64,000 bases of DNA from Haliotis rubra (lineage: Eukaryota), in contig NW_025766115.1 in NCBI RefSeq assembly GCF_003918875.1, positions 1,364,001-1,428,000 of the forward strand, written 5' to 3'. The translations under genes were made by a program, and so were the position numbers. The notes beneath the pieces were generated by a model. The model saw only the letters and a program-made list of their open reading frames with translations. It made no database searches and was not told where the DNA came from. Shown piece by piece: positions 36,401 through 49,012 of the stretch (positions are counted from its first letter, which is position 1; every line of letters starts with the position of its first letter).

Positions 36401-36495
36401 TTCCTTGGCTGGTGCAACTGTTTTCCTTAGGATAACATCTCTTAAATTGAGTATATATATGGTAGTGAGGTGAATCAGGAAGTCATGTACTCAGA

Positions 36496-36891
36496 CAGGG
36501 TTTTCTCGGGTTCTGGGGAACACCAATTATTATCTTAAAGGGTTCTTGCAGGCAATATGAGGGTCCTATGAAGTAAAGGTGTAGAGAACTGTATGTTTTA
36601 ATAATTTTTTCAGAGCCTGGAATGAATCATTGATCATGTGGACAGATGGATGAAATGATGCAATGAAATAAACAACCAAACACTTAGCAAAGTCAGAGAT
36701 GTGTTGTGGGTAGTCTGTCATACAGACCCTGAAACAAATATATCCTCGAGAGCCCATACAAGTCTAGAATATGTGGCAAGTCTAGATTTCCACAGTTTTA
36801 GGGTACAATCAATAATATTGTGCATCTGTGTGAATGCAGAGAATTTTTATCTGCGTCCATTCTCTACATTTGTGCGTCACGAGAAACCCTG
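36496..36891. mobile_element. MITE with CAGGGTTT(T)CTCG TIRs; second copy at 44146-44498
   Basis: TIRs, near-perfect 8-bp TSD TACTCAG(A/G), and internal homology between the two copies. Confidence 0.75.
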
Positions 36892-37785
36892 TACTCAGGG
36901 GATGTTTATACATAAAACATGTATAAGTTGAATTCTATTAGAATCCTAAATTGGCTTTGGAGGAAAGCTTTGATTCAATTCTAGTAAGCCTGACAAAGAA
37001 AATTATTTCCAGAAAAAACCCAATTTGTATGATAGTGTAGTTTCACAGTTTGTGACTTTATGCATAAAAATATTATAAGTTGAATATATATCTGAAATGC
37101 CAACCATGTTATTGTTGCCCATATATATGGTTATTAAGTAATATATCAGTGCAGTTAATATTTGAATGTAGCAAGAATAGAGATTTCCATTAGATTTTAA
37201 TAGGTCTGTTCATAATGTGGAAACTATCAGGACAAGATATGAATACAAGTAATGAAGCTCTATGCAATAAAATCATTAATGAAGAACACTGCTGCTATTA
37301 CAGGCCAGTGATACACCAAGAATCAATACTGTAGAGTTTCATGTTTCATGGTAGGTGAATAGTTCACTGTCACTTTGTGTGATCAGCATAGTGTCACAGT
37401 GGCTCTGTTTGTATAGGAATGTGGGAGCGGCTCACAACCGACCTTATAACACATCCTCAGTGTCCCATTGGAAGGTTGTCAGTGATAGGAAAGCCATAGA
37501 CAAGATGGTACAATTTTGATGAAGATTGTGCTCAGTTTCCTGTTGCCTGCTTGAGCAGATAGAGGCCATATAATTCCTTGTGTCAAGTAACAATTACTTG
37601 CAAGTTTTAACCCCAAAAGTTCATATAGCGCAGACTAAACATCTCCTGAGTTCTGTCTCCTCAGTACTCAACAGAATGAAGATAACCTGATATGGGCAGA
37701 GGGCACTGTTCACCTGGCCAGTGATTTCTTGTTCTGAATGACGTCAAAATGACCTATTTTAGTCGGAATCTTCCCAAAATTTTGA

Positions 37786-38083
37786 CAGGGCTCGATTTAA
37801 GAGATGTTAACCTACTTGCACTGGGTGCAACCTAAGATAAATAAGTCTGCATTATACCTAGTCTGCATTATACCTAGTTGCACCAGCCAAATTCCAGTTG
37901 CACTGCCTTTATTGTAGTATGTAATGAAAGAAATATGCTCTTGAATTATGTACATATTTCATTCAGAAGTTTACCCACTAACAAATTGACTTGCACCTGG
38001 TGCAAGTTAGACTAATAACTAGGTTGCACTTTGTGATATTCGGTTGCACCAGTGCAAGTAACAAAGCACTAAATCAAGCCCTT
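37786..38083. mobile_element. MITE with CAGGGCTCGATTTA TIRs and 5-bp TSD TTTGA; inverted partial copy at 36272-36453
   Basis: TIRs and internal TTGCAC(C/T) repeats. Confidence 0.72.
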
Positions 38084-38251
38084 TTTGATGACATGAAGGT
38101 AAAAATTCTGATAACGTGTTGGTAAAATATGTAATGACATGTAATGGAAATGTAACTAAAACTATAAGTCTGCATTATTTTGGCCAAGGTTTCCATGTAA
38201 CATGTTTACTATTTCAGTTACCCGTCCTCAACAAAATTCTCTTATTTCGGA

Positions 38252-38421
38252 GGGGCAGTGGGATAGCCTAGTGGTTAAAGCGTTCGCTCGTCACGCCGAA
38301 GACCCGTGCTCGATTCCCCACATGGGCAAAATGTGTGAAGCCCATTTCTGGTATCCCCTGCCGTGATATTGCTGGAATATTGCTAAAAGCGGCGTAAAAT
38401 CAAACTCACTCACTCACTCAC
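38252..38421 (+). mobile_element. SINE family 1
   Basis: TSD CTCTTATTTCGGA. Confidence 0.9.
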
Positions 38422-40515
38422 TCTTATTTCGGAATAGTAGACTACTGGCAATGTAAAACCATGTGTAAAACCATGTGTAAAACCATGCTATAAACATTGA
38501 ATCTCAATCTATGCTCATGCTGGTGATTACTGGATTGTCTGGTCCAGATTTAATTATTTACAGACTGCCGCCATATAGCTGAAATATTGCTGAGTGTGGT
38601 GTTAAACAACAAACAAACAAAACACAAAACCAATATGTATCTATGATTACTGTAACTGTAGCTACTTATCATAATGACATAAGAATGTTGTATAATTTAC
38701 CTTGTCATAGAATGAGCTATAAGTGTTGGTTTTCCCATTTATTCATATGCCAGTCATGATAACATAGTAAGTTTAACAAGGATATTTCTGATATTACCGT
38801 TCCCAGTGTAAATGTCTCGTGCAAGCCTGGCATTTGCAGTACACTCATTCTCAATAAATGGGCGCATTTGACCATATATATCAAAAGCCGAAAATAAAGT
38901 TCACATATATTCATTAACTATAAGTTTATTTCAGAGTAGAGTATTAGGTACATAATATACAACAAGAGTTGTCAAGTAGTCTTTGTTTTAAACATACTAT
39001 TTTTCGACTCAAAGTTATGCTTCGAGTTCCCAAAAATGTAGCTAAGTAATGTACGTTACGGTAAAAGTGGTACTGAAATACATTGATTAGTATTAAACAG
39101 AGATATTACACATATATTTTCTTCTTCTTTACTGTAGTGGAGAATATTCTGGTGTTAAAAAAACAAATAACTGTCATGAATATCAAAGAAGAGTTCCAGC
39201 CGAGATCTTCAAAGGTCACTTATCTTTTCGGCCCAAAACTGTGTCAGTGTAATTTCAAACTACATCATTTGGTTTATGTGATGTCCACAAAATACACATG
39301 TTTAGACACAAGAACATTTCTAGAAGTCGACAATTAAACGATTATCTACGAAATAATTTCAATTCCCTATATGGATACAATGTGTGAAGCCCGTTTCTGG
39401 TGTCCCCTGACGTGATAATGCTGGAATATTGCTAAAAGTGGCGTAAAACCCGACTCACTCTCTAATTCATTTCTACAGGATATTTCAGCTTCATTATCCT
39501 CTCCATCTACACATTTGAAATGTACGTTACCATCTTACGTATTCTCATGTTTTACTCCAAATACTCTCTAGATATCTGGAGTTGCATTTATATACTACAT
39601 GCAAACACTTATGCCAACAACATGTACAATTATGCAAGTATCAGTAGCTATTGAAAGCGATTCCCAAAATATAAATAGCCTAAAATTCAATAGCTTTTAG
39701 CAAAATTGTTTTACATTTGAATTCAAGACGTAAAATAATAAACGCATGGATATATCTGCTTAATCCATTCTTCATACGAGTTAAGCATCTTAAAAATTTA
39801 ATAATATTAAAGATTATGAAATTGATGTTTACTCTACATGTCCATGAATAACTGGATACTCTGGTGAAATGTGCATTACTCAGTGTCACGTACATTTCAC
39901 TATCTGTTTACATGCATATTTCGTCAACCATAGTTCACAATCAGCCACAGCCAAGATACAGAAGTAAATTAACCCAAGGGGAATGGATTGTATGAACAAA
40001 ACTATTTCTATACATTCTATGACACAAAGAAACATATTGATACCAAAGTTTCAATCACGATTTAATCATATTTTGAGCGATACTTAAGGTATTAATTTGT
40101 AGATCTGCCGCCTCAGCACTCTATGACACGTGGTGGGTTAAAATAATGACGTGCGCAAAAGTGGTATTGAGCTTGACAACGTCGGAATAAGAAAATCCGA
40201 TTGTACTGGTATTGTACATTTCAGTAACGTACATTTCTTTCTATCAACAATTTCCCAATATCTGTTAAAACTTGTTCAGTATTAAACCAAAAATGTTGAT
40301 ATCGTGATGAGACCATTAATGTTTATAATTATCATGCAAGATAATTTGGATATATTTTGTTTACTTTGATATTATAATAGTCACGTACATTACATCCATA
40401 ACTATACGCATTTGACAGGCCTAGTTCAAACAGGGACACAGTAGAAACATGCAAACTTTGGGGATCCGTCAGACTTCTTTTCAGAGTTCTTTCTCATGAC
40501 TATCTCAAAACAGAA

Positions 40516-40685
40516 GGGGCGGTGGGGTAGCCTAATGGTTAAAGTGTTGGCTCGTCACGCCGAAAACCTGGGTTCGTATTCCTACATGGGTACAATGTGT
40601 GAAACCCATGTCTGGTGTCCCCGCCGTGATGTTGCTGGAATATTGCTAAAAGCGGCGTAAAACCAAACTCAGTCAGTCAGTCAGT
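40516..40685 (+). mobile_element. SINE family 1
   Basis: TSD TCAAAACAGA; (CAGT)n tail. Confidence 0.88.
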
Positions 40686-41264
40686 CAAAACAGATGTGTC
40701 ATATGCGCATATATCTTAAACAGTGCCCCAAATCCTTTAATGAACTAAAGAAAGCTGACTCAAATTTTTCGTAAATTACAAACTGGCAAACGACACTTTA
40801 GACTTGACATTAAAGTTATTTAACGTCCTGTTCAGTGTCTGTGATAGGTAAATGAAACGTCTGTTATTGCCAAATACTACAGTATGTTTACCATGATATC
40901 AGTTATGAAAATTACAAACTAATTGTCCTTTAAGGTGTGAACAGAATGTGCGGCGACAGTCACGTATGTTTCAAAATTAACGATCAATTGGATATATTTC
41001 ATTTATTCCCGACATGTGGCAGACACACGTTGTTTAAATCTTTAGTAGGGGTGATAACATGTTGCAAAAAGCAAAAGAATCAACTAAAAAGGAAAGCCAG
41101 GAAAACACAGGTCGCGGCGACACAAATGCGCCCATTTATTAAGAATGAGTGAGTAATCTGATTTAAGCAATAAAGTAAGAGATCCTTGTCTGAGTGTGAT
41201 ATTCAGATTTAGCACCAGGCATCAAGAACCCTATTCAGGACCTTTTTATTCTCAAGACTCCCTT

Positions 41265-41439
41265 GGGGCTGTGGGGTAGTCTAGTGGTTAAAGCGTTGGC
41301 TCGTCATGCCGAAGACCCGGGTTCGAATCCCCACATGGGTACAATGTGTGAAGCCCATTTCTGGTGTCCCCCGCCGGGATGTTGCTGGAATATTGCTAAA
41401 AGCTGCATAAAACCAAACTCAGTCAGTCAGTCAGTCAGT
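41265..41439 (+). mobile_element. SINE family 1
   Basis: Consensus match; TSD approximately TCAAGACTC. Confidence 0.88.
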
Positions 41440-41470
41440 CAAGACTCTCTTTGGTTTAGTAGATAAAGTG

Positions 41471-41806
41471 CAGTGTGTGAAATAGTTTCCAAATTTTGCA
41501 AGCCAGTCGGGCTAGCTATGTCTAAAAGTTACTAGCTCACAAAATAATTCACTACCCCGACATTTAAATGTAGAAACTAAGCAAAAGATTACAAAAAGGT
41601 AAAATACCATCATTTATCAGGCCATAATCTTGCATAATTTAAAAGTGTATTATAACTTAACAAGTAGGAGAGAGTGATATCATATATTTAAAAAATGACC
41701 CCATGAAAATCCACTAGCCAGTCGGGCCAGTGACTGTGGAGATTTACTGTCCCAACTGGGTTTTACTAGCCACAGGCTAGCAGGCCAGTGGCTATTTTGC
41801 ACACTG
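41471..41806. mobile_element. MITE with CAGTGTG..AAATAG TIRs; second copy at 49443-49767 (TSD CCAATG)
   Basis: TIRs and internal CTAGCC repeats shared by both copies. Confidence 0.75.
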
Positions 41807-42076
41807 GAGTGTCTGCCAGGACAATAGACGGTCCATGGTTAGATCCCCTGGTGTCATCATACCAAATGTTAAAAGATGGTATTTGTTGTTACCTTGCCTG
41901 GCAATCAGCATTAAAAGGAACACAACAAAGACTAAGCTGTCTTGGAGTCTGTATACTGTGTCTGAATTGGGTGTTCTTGTCAGACTGTTGCATGGTATCT
42001 CATAGGTCTCCAACACCAACAAGATTACTTTAGATTAGTTTCAGCACACATGCTTCCAGTGGCACCTTCACATTCA

Positions 42077-42427
42077 GAAGTGGTGTAGTGGTTAGAGCGT
42101 CCTCCCGGAGAGCGGAAGGTCACGGGTTCGATCCCCGACCGCATCATACCAAAAGACATTAAACTATGGTACTTGTTGGTCCCTGCCTGGCTCTCGGCAT
42201 TAATGGGTACAACAAGGACTGGTCGGCTCGGAGTCAGTATAATGTGTCTGAGTGGGATATTCATGCTTCACTGCGGCATGGTATCTCAGTTGGCTAGCAC
42301 TATAAAACCAGCTTAAGTCTGTGCTAGTACAAGCAGCCGCACATACACATACACACACATGTATGTCGTCATATGAGCGAAATATTCTCAAGCACGACGT
42401 TAAACCCAATTTCACCTCACCTCACCT
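42077..42427 (+). mobile_element. SINE family 3
   Basis: TSD CACCTTCAC(A/G)TTCA; an older degenerate copy lies just upstream (about 41826-42005). Confidence 0.88.
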
Positions 42428-42442
42428 CACCTTCACGTTCAT

Positions 42443-42665
42443 TTCTTTGAATGGCATTTAGAAGTCATACACATAAGGAAGAGAGTTTATATGGATGTCA
42501 ACTTCTTTATTGTGAGGAACACAACATTTCGGAGTACATCCTTACTGCTTCCTCAGGTGAATGAATGGTTTTAGACAGAGAGCATTCAACTTCTTTGAGA
42601 GGCATCTTAGAAGTTGTAAAGATGAAGGAAAACCATGTTCTATGGATAGTCAACTTCTGTATAAT
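42443..42665 (-). mobile_element. Penelope-like terminal remnants (tandem partial copies) with hammerhead core
   Basis: Homologous to 22330-22445; minus strand CAC-CTGAGGA-aGcAG..CTCC-GAAATGTT-GTG. Confidence 0.65.
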
Positions 42666-42991
42666 AATGGAGAGAGCATATATATATCAAATGTACATGT
42701 AAGAACAATCAAGTAAAAAACAACAAAGGTGTAGGCTAAACAATGGAAGCCAACAGTTAAGTGGTGTTGACGTGTGGTTGGTAAAGGGCAAATGGAAGCC
42801 ACACTCTCTTCTTTCACAGTTATTGTCAGCTACTTGCTATTCTGACTTTGTCAAGTAACCAGTGAGTTGGTATTTTGTGTCACTTTTTGGCAATATTCCA
42901 TCAATAACCTTCCCAGGATGCAAGGAATGTATATCACACATTGTATCCATATGGTTATAAACCCAGCACTATGGCATAATTATGGCGTTAG

Positions 42992-43288
42992 TAGGGGTGA
43001 AACAGTACACCATGGTATCAGTAGAACTGCAGTATTTTGCCTTTGGTTCGATATACCATAATACAATCTAAAAGTTCGATATTTTCGGTTTTTTGTACCA
43101 TCATTTTATTAACCTTTTTATTCCTATTCTAACATGTCGAGAATTTGAATCATTTTGTAAAAATCTATTCATTTCTTTGCTATTTTCTAGGAAGTAAGTT
43201 ATCATGTACCGAACCAAAATGGACCGATCCGAAGGCGTTGTACCTCAATACTACCATACCGTGGTAAGAGCGTACCATTTCACCCTTA
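42992..43288. mobile_element. hAT-type MITE
   Basis: TAGGGGTGAAA..GTAC TIRs; 8-bp TSD GG(C/A)GTTAG. Confidence 0.75.
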
Positions 43289-44513
43289 GGAGTTAGAGAT
43301 TGAGTAGAGTTAACACTGACTTCTGCAGTGATCAGTAGTTCCTAAAGTTTCAAATCTTTTATTCATGTGGGGCATTGAACAGATCTTGTCTGGTGAACAT
43401 TTCAACCACGAGACTGTGCCATCACTGACTAAACCAAAAGCAGCGTTAGAATACACCTAATGTTATTAAAGGAAGATTTAGAGCTCTTTCTGATCTGTGA
43501 CCTGTTCTTTTTTGAACACCACAGAGGTTTCAGAGCTGTAGCTGTGATGACCATCATGGCTTGCTGTCCTGACGATTGTTTTGCAAGTGGAACCAGTGTC
43601 TGGTTTGATGACTGTTTCATGGCTGTTGTCTGAGGACCGAGTGTCGTATATCTATTCTGCCTCTGATATAACAGTTTATGTGGTGTCTGGTACCATCCAT
43701 CTCGTCTGAGGAACGCTTTTAATACCAGCCATTATCAGATAGACTGGGTTAGATTACAGTCTCTCATGTATAAACGTGGATACAAAAGCTGGATATGGTT
43801 AGTTAACTGTCATCGTGTTATGAAGGAATACTATACCTACATTGTTGTTATTCCAGGATGGCTGTCTCTAGGAGATGTTACAAATACCATGTCCCATAGT
43901 GGGGGTTGGGATAGGAAGTTGATGTGGTGTGTGCAAGTTTTTATTGTTTATGTCTGGCCTTGGTTATTGCAGTCGTCATGTTTTGCACAATACAGAGTTA
44001 CAGTAAACAAAAACATGTCATTTGTAATTTAATTAAGGCTGAGTATCGTCAGAGTTTTTGTGGTTCAATGTACTCAGTATCACCATATAGACTGTCAATA
44101 TTCCTGGTCTCATGATACAATTTCTGTTAGTTTTAGAGGCACCCTCAGGGTTTTACCTCGACTCACAAACATGGAGGTCCTCGGAACACCCAATTATTAG
44201 TTTTAAGGGTCCTTGCAGACAATATGAGGGTCCTGTGAAGTAACCTTGTAGAGAACTGTATGTTTTGATAATTTCTCTAGAGCCTGGAATGAATCATTGA
44301 ATCATGTGGACTGATGGATGAAATGATGCACGTAACTGCTCTGAAAGAAACAACTAAGCACATAGCAAAGTCATAGATGTGTTGTGGGTACTACAAGTAA
44401 TGTGTGGCATACCTCTGGCCACAGTGAATTCTTTTTCTGCATACATTCTCTACATTTGTGCGTACTTGATGAATATTTACGCATAGCGTAAAACCCTGCA
44501 CTCTCTAAAGCTG

Positions 44514-44686
44514 GGGGGGGCGGTGGGGTATCCAAGTGGTTAAAGCGTTCGCTCGTCACGCCGAAGACCCGGGTTCGATTCCCCACGTGGGTACAATGTG
44601 TTAAACCCATTTCTGGTGTCCCCTGCCGTGATATTGCTGGAATATTGCTAAAAGCGGCGTAAAACTAAACTCACTCACTCACTCAC
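44514..44686 (+). mobile_element. SINE family 1
   Basis: TSD CTCTAAAGCTGGG. Confidence 0.9.
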
Positions 44687-44922
44687 TCTAAAGCTGGGTA
44701 TCATCTTGAGTTCTTCTGGTAGGATTAGTATCATGATACAGACTTTCAATACACACAAGGAAAGGACACAAATGTTGACATCACTGAAGTAAGACTCTAA
44801 GACCATCTTACCACCTTTCTCTGTTTGAGGATATTTCACCCTCATGTTCAGCTGTGGCACTTTGCTACTGCGGGATTAAACTCACCCGTTTCTGATCTCA
44901 CAAACTTAGGATTCAAATATTA

Positions 44923-45144
44923 GTGAGTGAGTTTAGTTTTACACCGCACTCAGCAATATTCCAGCTATATGGCGTCAGTCTGTAGATAAACGAATCTGGA
45001 CCAGACAATCCAGTGATGAACAACATGAGCATTGATCTGCGCAACTGGGAACTGATGAGCATGACCGACTAATCCCGTTAGATGCATCTTACGACAAGCA
45101 TGGGTTACTGAAGGCCAATATTCTAACCCAGACCCTCACGGGTC
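44923..45144 (-). mobile_element. SINE family 2
   Basis: TSD GATTCAAATATTA. Confidence 0.88.
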
Positions 45145-45245
45145 GATTCAAATATTATCTGTACGTAAGCATTGATCATAAACATCATAGTTATCAGGGA
45201 ATCGTTATTAGCCCAAGCCTCCTTACATATCCTGTGACCCTTTCA

Positions 45246-45887
45246 GCTGGAAGACTGGTGCAGGTACATTTATGCCACTAAACTAGTGCAATGCTAATTA
45301 AATTATCCTCACGTGAGAGTATACCAGATATTAAACGCCATCCCTCATCTGCTGGAGAGAGACAAGTAAAATTGTAGAAACACTAGTGGTTTGAATCAAA
45401 GTATAGTTGAGTATAGTAAAACTAGTCTGATATGCATTGGGCACGAGATGGACTTAGTTTCAGTGTCTGTGGTGTTCTGCCCATGTACCAGTTTGCCAAG
45501 TTCTGAGCATGTTAAAGGCGGTATTCTGTGGGTGTGTTGATATTTAAAGGTGAATTCTGCACAGGGCTGGAAGACTGGTGCAGGTACATTTATGCCACTA
45601 AACTAGTGCAATGCTAATTAAATTATCCTCACGTGAGAGTATACCAGATATTGGACGCCATCCCTCATCTGCTGGAGAGAAGCAAGTAAAATTGTAGAAA
45701 CACTAGTGGTTTTGAATCAAAGTATAGTTGAGTATAGTAAAACTAGTCTGATATGCATTGGGCACGAGATGGACTTAGTTTCAGTGTCTGTGTTTCTGCC
45801 CATGTACCAGTTTGCCAAGTTCTGAGCATGTTAAAGGAGGTATTCTGTGGGTGTGTTGATATTTAAAGATTAATCCTGCACAGGGCT
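45246..45887. repeat. Recent tandem duplication, 2 x ~320 bp
   Basis: 45246-45565 is nearly identical to 45566-45887. Confidence 0.95.
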
Positions 45888-47731
45888 CATTGAGAACTTG
45901 CACTGCTGCAACTTGAAACAGCAAAATGTAACCTCATATTTATACCAACTTACACACAGTGCATGTTAATATTGTGCTGTTCAAACTGACTTCAGCTGGA
46001 AAACAGAATGAAGGGGAACTGTGTTGGAGGAATCATTAGGAACTGGCTTGGAAGAGTAATGGCTACACTGATCTAGAATAGTTTGATTGTAATGATATTC
46101 TAAATTATCAATACCAAAACTTAAGCATCATACATGATTTTATATTGAGCAGCAAGTGCAACCAGCTTTTGTCTGGATTATTACCTTAGCTTGCAAGCAG
46201 GCAGTGTCTGCGACCCTCTATTACCTTAGTCAGACAGAAGCCTTGCACTGTATATTTCACAATGACTTTGACTGAAGTTGTTTTATGTGACATGAGACAT
46301 TTGTTTGCTGTTTATAAATTTTATGTTTGTTAATAATTTCAATTTCAATTATAAGAAATATTAAATCTGAAATGTGTGTATAATTTTATTCCATGGGTCC
46401 TGTGCATTTTCAATGGGTCAGACAGACATCTGAAACTTACAGGACCAAATGTCCTGTGACTTTGAAACACCATTCGTGAACACTGAGTAGGTTCTATTTC
46501 CTTCAATCAATCCTTTCCTTCTTCTCCCCTCCTCCGCCTTCTTTCTTTTCCTTTTTCTCTTTCCCACTGAAATCGAACACAGTTTGGTTGTTACTTCTTT
46601 AGGTTTGAGCACGTAAAGGTCAGGAAATCTGATTTGCCAGTGGTTGTTATTTAAACTGAAATATTAATCAAAGTGAGAATTTGCCCAACTACAGCAGTGC
46701 GATAGAGATCATAGTCAGGCTAGTTGATGACGGAATGTGCGCTCACTGCCCACGTGATTATTGGCCTGATGATCCTTCTGGAAAAAAGTCGTCTGTTAAT
46801 TGTGTTGGAGAGACACTTATAGGAAATGGTTTACACAAATCAGATCCATTCTTGTTGGGTGAAGTCGCCATTTCCTGACAAGTTGGAAAATAAATGAGAA
46901 TTCTGTTGGGCATGATCTTCCAGGCAGCAAGTAATTGCTTGTCTACCGCTTGAAAATGTGTGTAAAAGTGTACCGTACAATCTAGGCTCAAAATCTTTCT
47001 AGAACACATCAATAACAGTGAGCAGGATGGACATGAACCAGGAGGATGATCTAGGAAGCCATGTTGAGACTTGCAGGGGTTTATGGCAGGAAATCCTGTG
47101 TCCTTTATGCTTAAACAAGGAAAACATGTCAGGGTCAGAAGGGTTTAGTGGAGTGTATCCACAAGGACATAGAAAAATTGTTACGCATGTTTAGGAATGA
47201 ATGCGGCTATTTCATGGTACCAAGTAAAATTGATTTCTGTATCCAGTCATTTATGGAAATATATTATTGGAAATATTACACCTACTCTCACCTTACCATG
47301 GTGCCAGAGAGGTTGATTTAAATAATTTGTTAATTTACAAGACTTTTCATTGTTTTTAAACAAATTCAGAAAAATATTTTCATTTATCATTATAGACTTC
47401 AAAGTGGTCTACTGTGCATGTTATCCTGTTTCGGTCGTTGGAATGTTCTTGTTTTTTCTTCTAGTAATGGTTTGTATTGAAATTCTACCATTTGAGAAAC
47501 CTTGGGGAGACATCTTTCTCCAAATATATATAGAAGTGGGTGAGCTGGGTTCAACGCCTCTTTGAAGAGTATACATTTGTCAGTTTTGGGAAGGAATCCA
47601 GAAGTAATGAAGGTCCTTGATGTTTACTACTGTGGTGAAACTCATGAACATAGGGATGTGCTGATGAACCAAGGAACATAACTTGTATGCAAATATATGA
47701 AAAAAAAGTATCAACTTTCATAAGTAAAAGA

Positions 47732-47915
47732 CTGACTGACTGAGTTTGGTTTTAAAGCTTTTGGTAGCAATATTCCAGCAATATCCGGGGGGGACACCAG
47801 AAATGGGCTTCACATGTGTGTGCCCATGTCTGGTGTCAACCCAACCTTGATGGACGAAGTCAACGCTTTAACCACCAGGCTAACAGCCCTCATAAAAACA
47901 TACTCACTCACTCAC
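47732..47915 (-). mobile_element. SINE family 1 with an extra, oppositely oriented tail
   Basis: TSD TCATAAGTAAAAGA encloses both parts. Confidence 0.8.
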
Positions 47916-48817
47916 TCATAAGTAAAAGATTGTTTTGGGTGGAATATAGCCTGTAATGTATCTTTGTATCTTGCCAGTGAAATCTGTGCTCAAATTGTTT
48001 TTGCCAACTAGTTTACTGCTGTTATGATTTGTAAAGGAAGTTGGATCATCAGGTTAGCCATGTTTAGCTGACTACTAACTGACTGAGTGTTTTTCTGCCT
48101 TCTGTCCTTCTGGACACTAAAACACATGATTTCTCCTTAGGGAATTGTTTGCCTCTGTTCACACATCAGTGAATGGGTACCTGGTAGGAGGAGATAATGA
48201 TTTGACTGGTAATCTTCTTTTCTGCTTGGGTTGCACTCTCCCCATGGAGCTGAGAATGGAAATAGAGTACACACTGTTCCAGTGACCAGGGTCATAAGAT
48301 CTTCCATGGTGTAAGCACATTTGAGCAATTACAGTGGATGCATGTGACTGTGCAGGAAACAGGCAACTGTTTCTAGAATCTTGTCGGTAGATGTGTAAGT
48401 GATTTATGGCCCTTTTTGAGAGGGGCACCTGCCGGATCTGCAACTGTTTCTGGGAGGCTCATTGGCAGGTGCCTTGTGTATTGCACAAGGAGTGAACATG
48501 TGTTAAACAGATCCCGGAATACTGCTGGTACCAGTGTCACCGCAATTAGCCTGACTTGCCATTATAACTTCACACTTCAAGTAGAAATCTGCAGAAATGA
48601 CCAATCTATCACTTTAAAATAAACACTGAAATGGTAGTATTTGTGATTAGGCACATGGAATGGTTTAGCACATGTGATATACTTTTTTACATGCCTATCA
48701 AAGAATTGCAAGCATGGTTTAAATGAATATCTTCATAGTTTGGCCTGCAGTGTGTACAAGGATGAAGGCATTACAATGTCTAGAACTTTGAACACGCTGA
48801 TGTTGCGCAGGATGCAT

Positions 48818-49012
48818 GTTGCTTGGTTGGTGCCACGCTCAGCAATAATCCAGCAATTTGGCGGTGATCTGTAAATAATCGAATCTGGACGAGACAGTCC
48901 AGTATTCAACATCATGAGCATCGACCTACTCAATTGGGATACGATGACACTTGTCAACCAAGTCAGCGATCCTCCCCACTCGATCCTGTTAGTCGCCTCT
49001 TACGACAAGCAT
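48818..49012 (-). mobile_element. SINE family 2
   Basis: Consensus match, 5' end missing. Confidence 0.8.
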
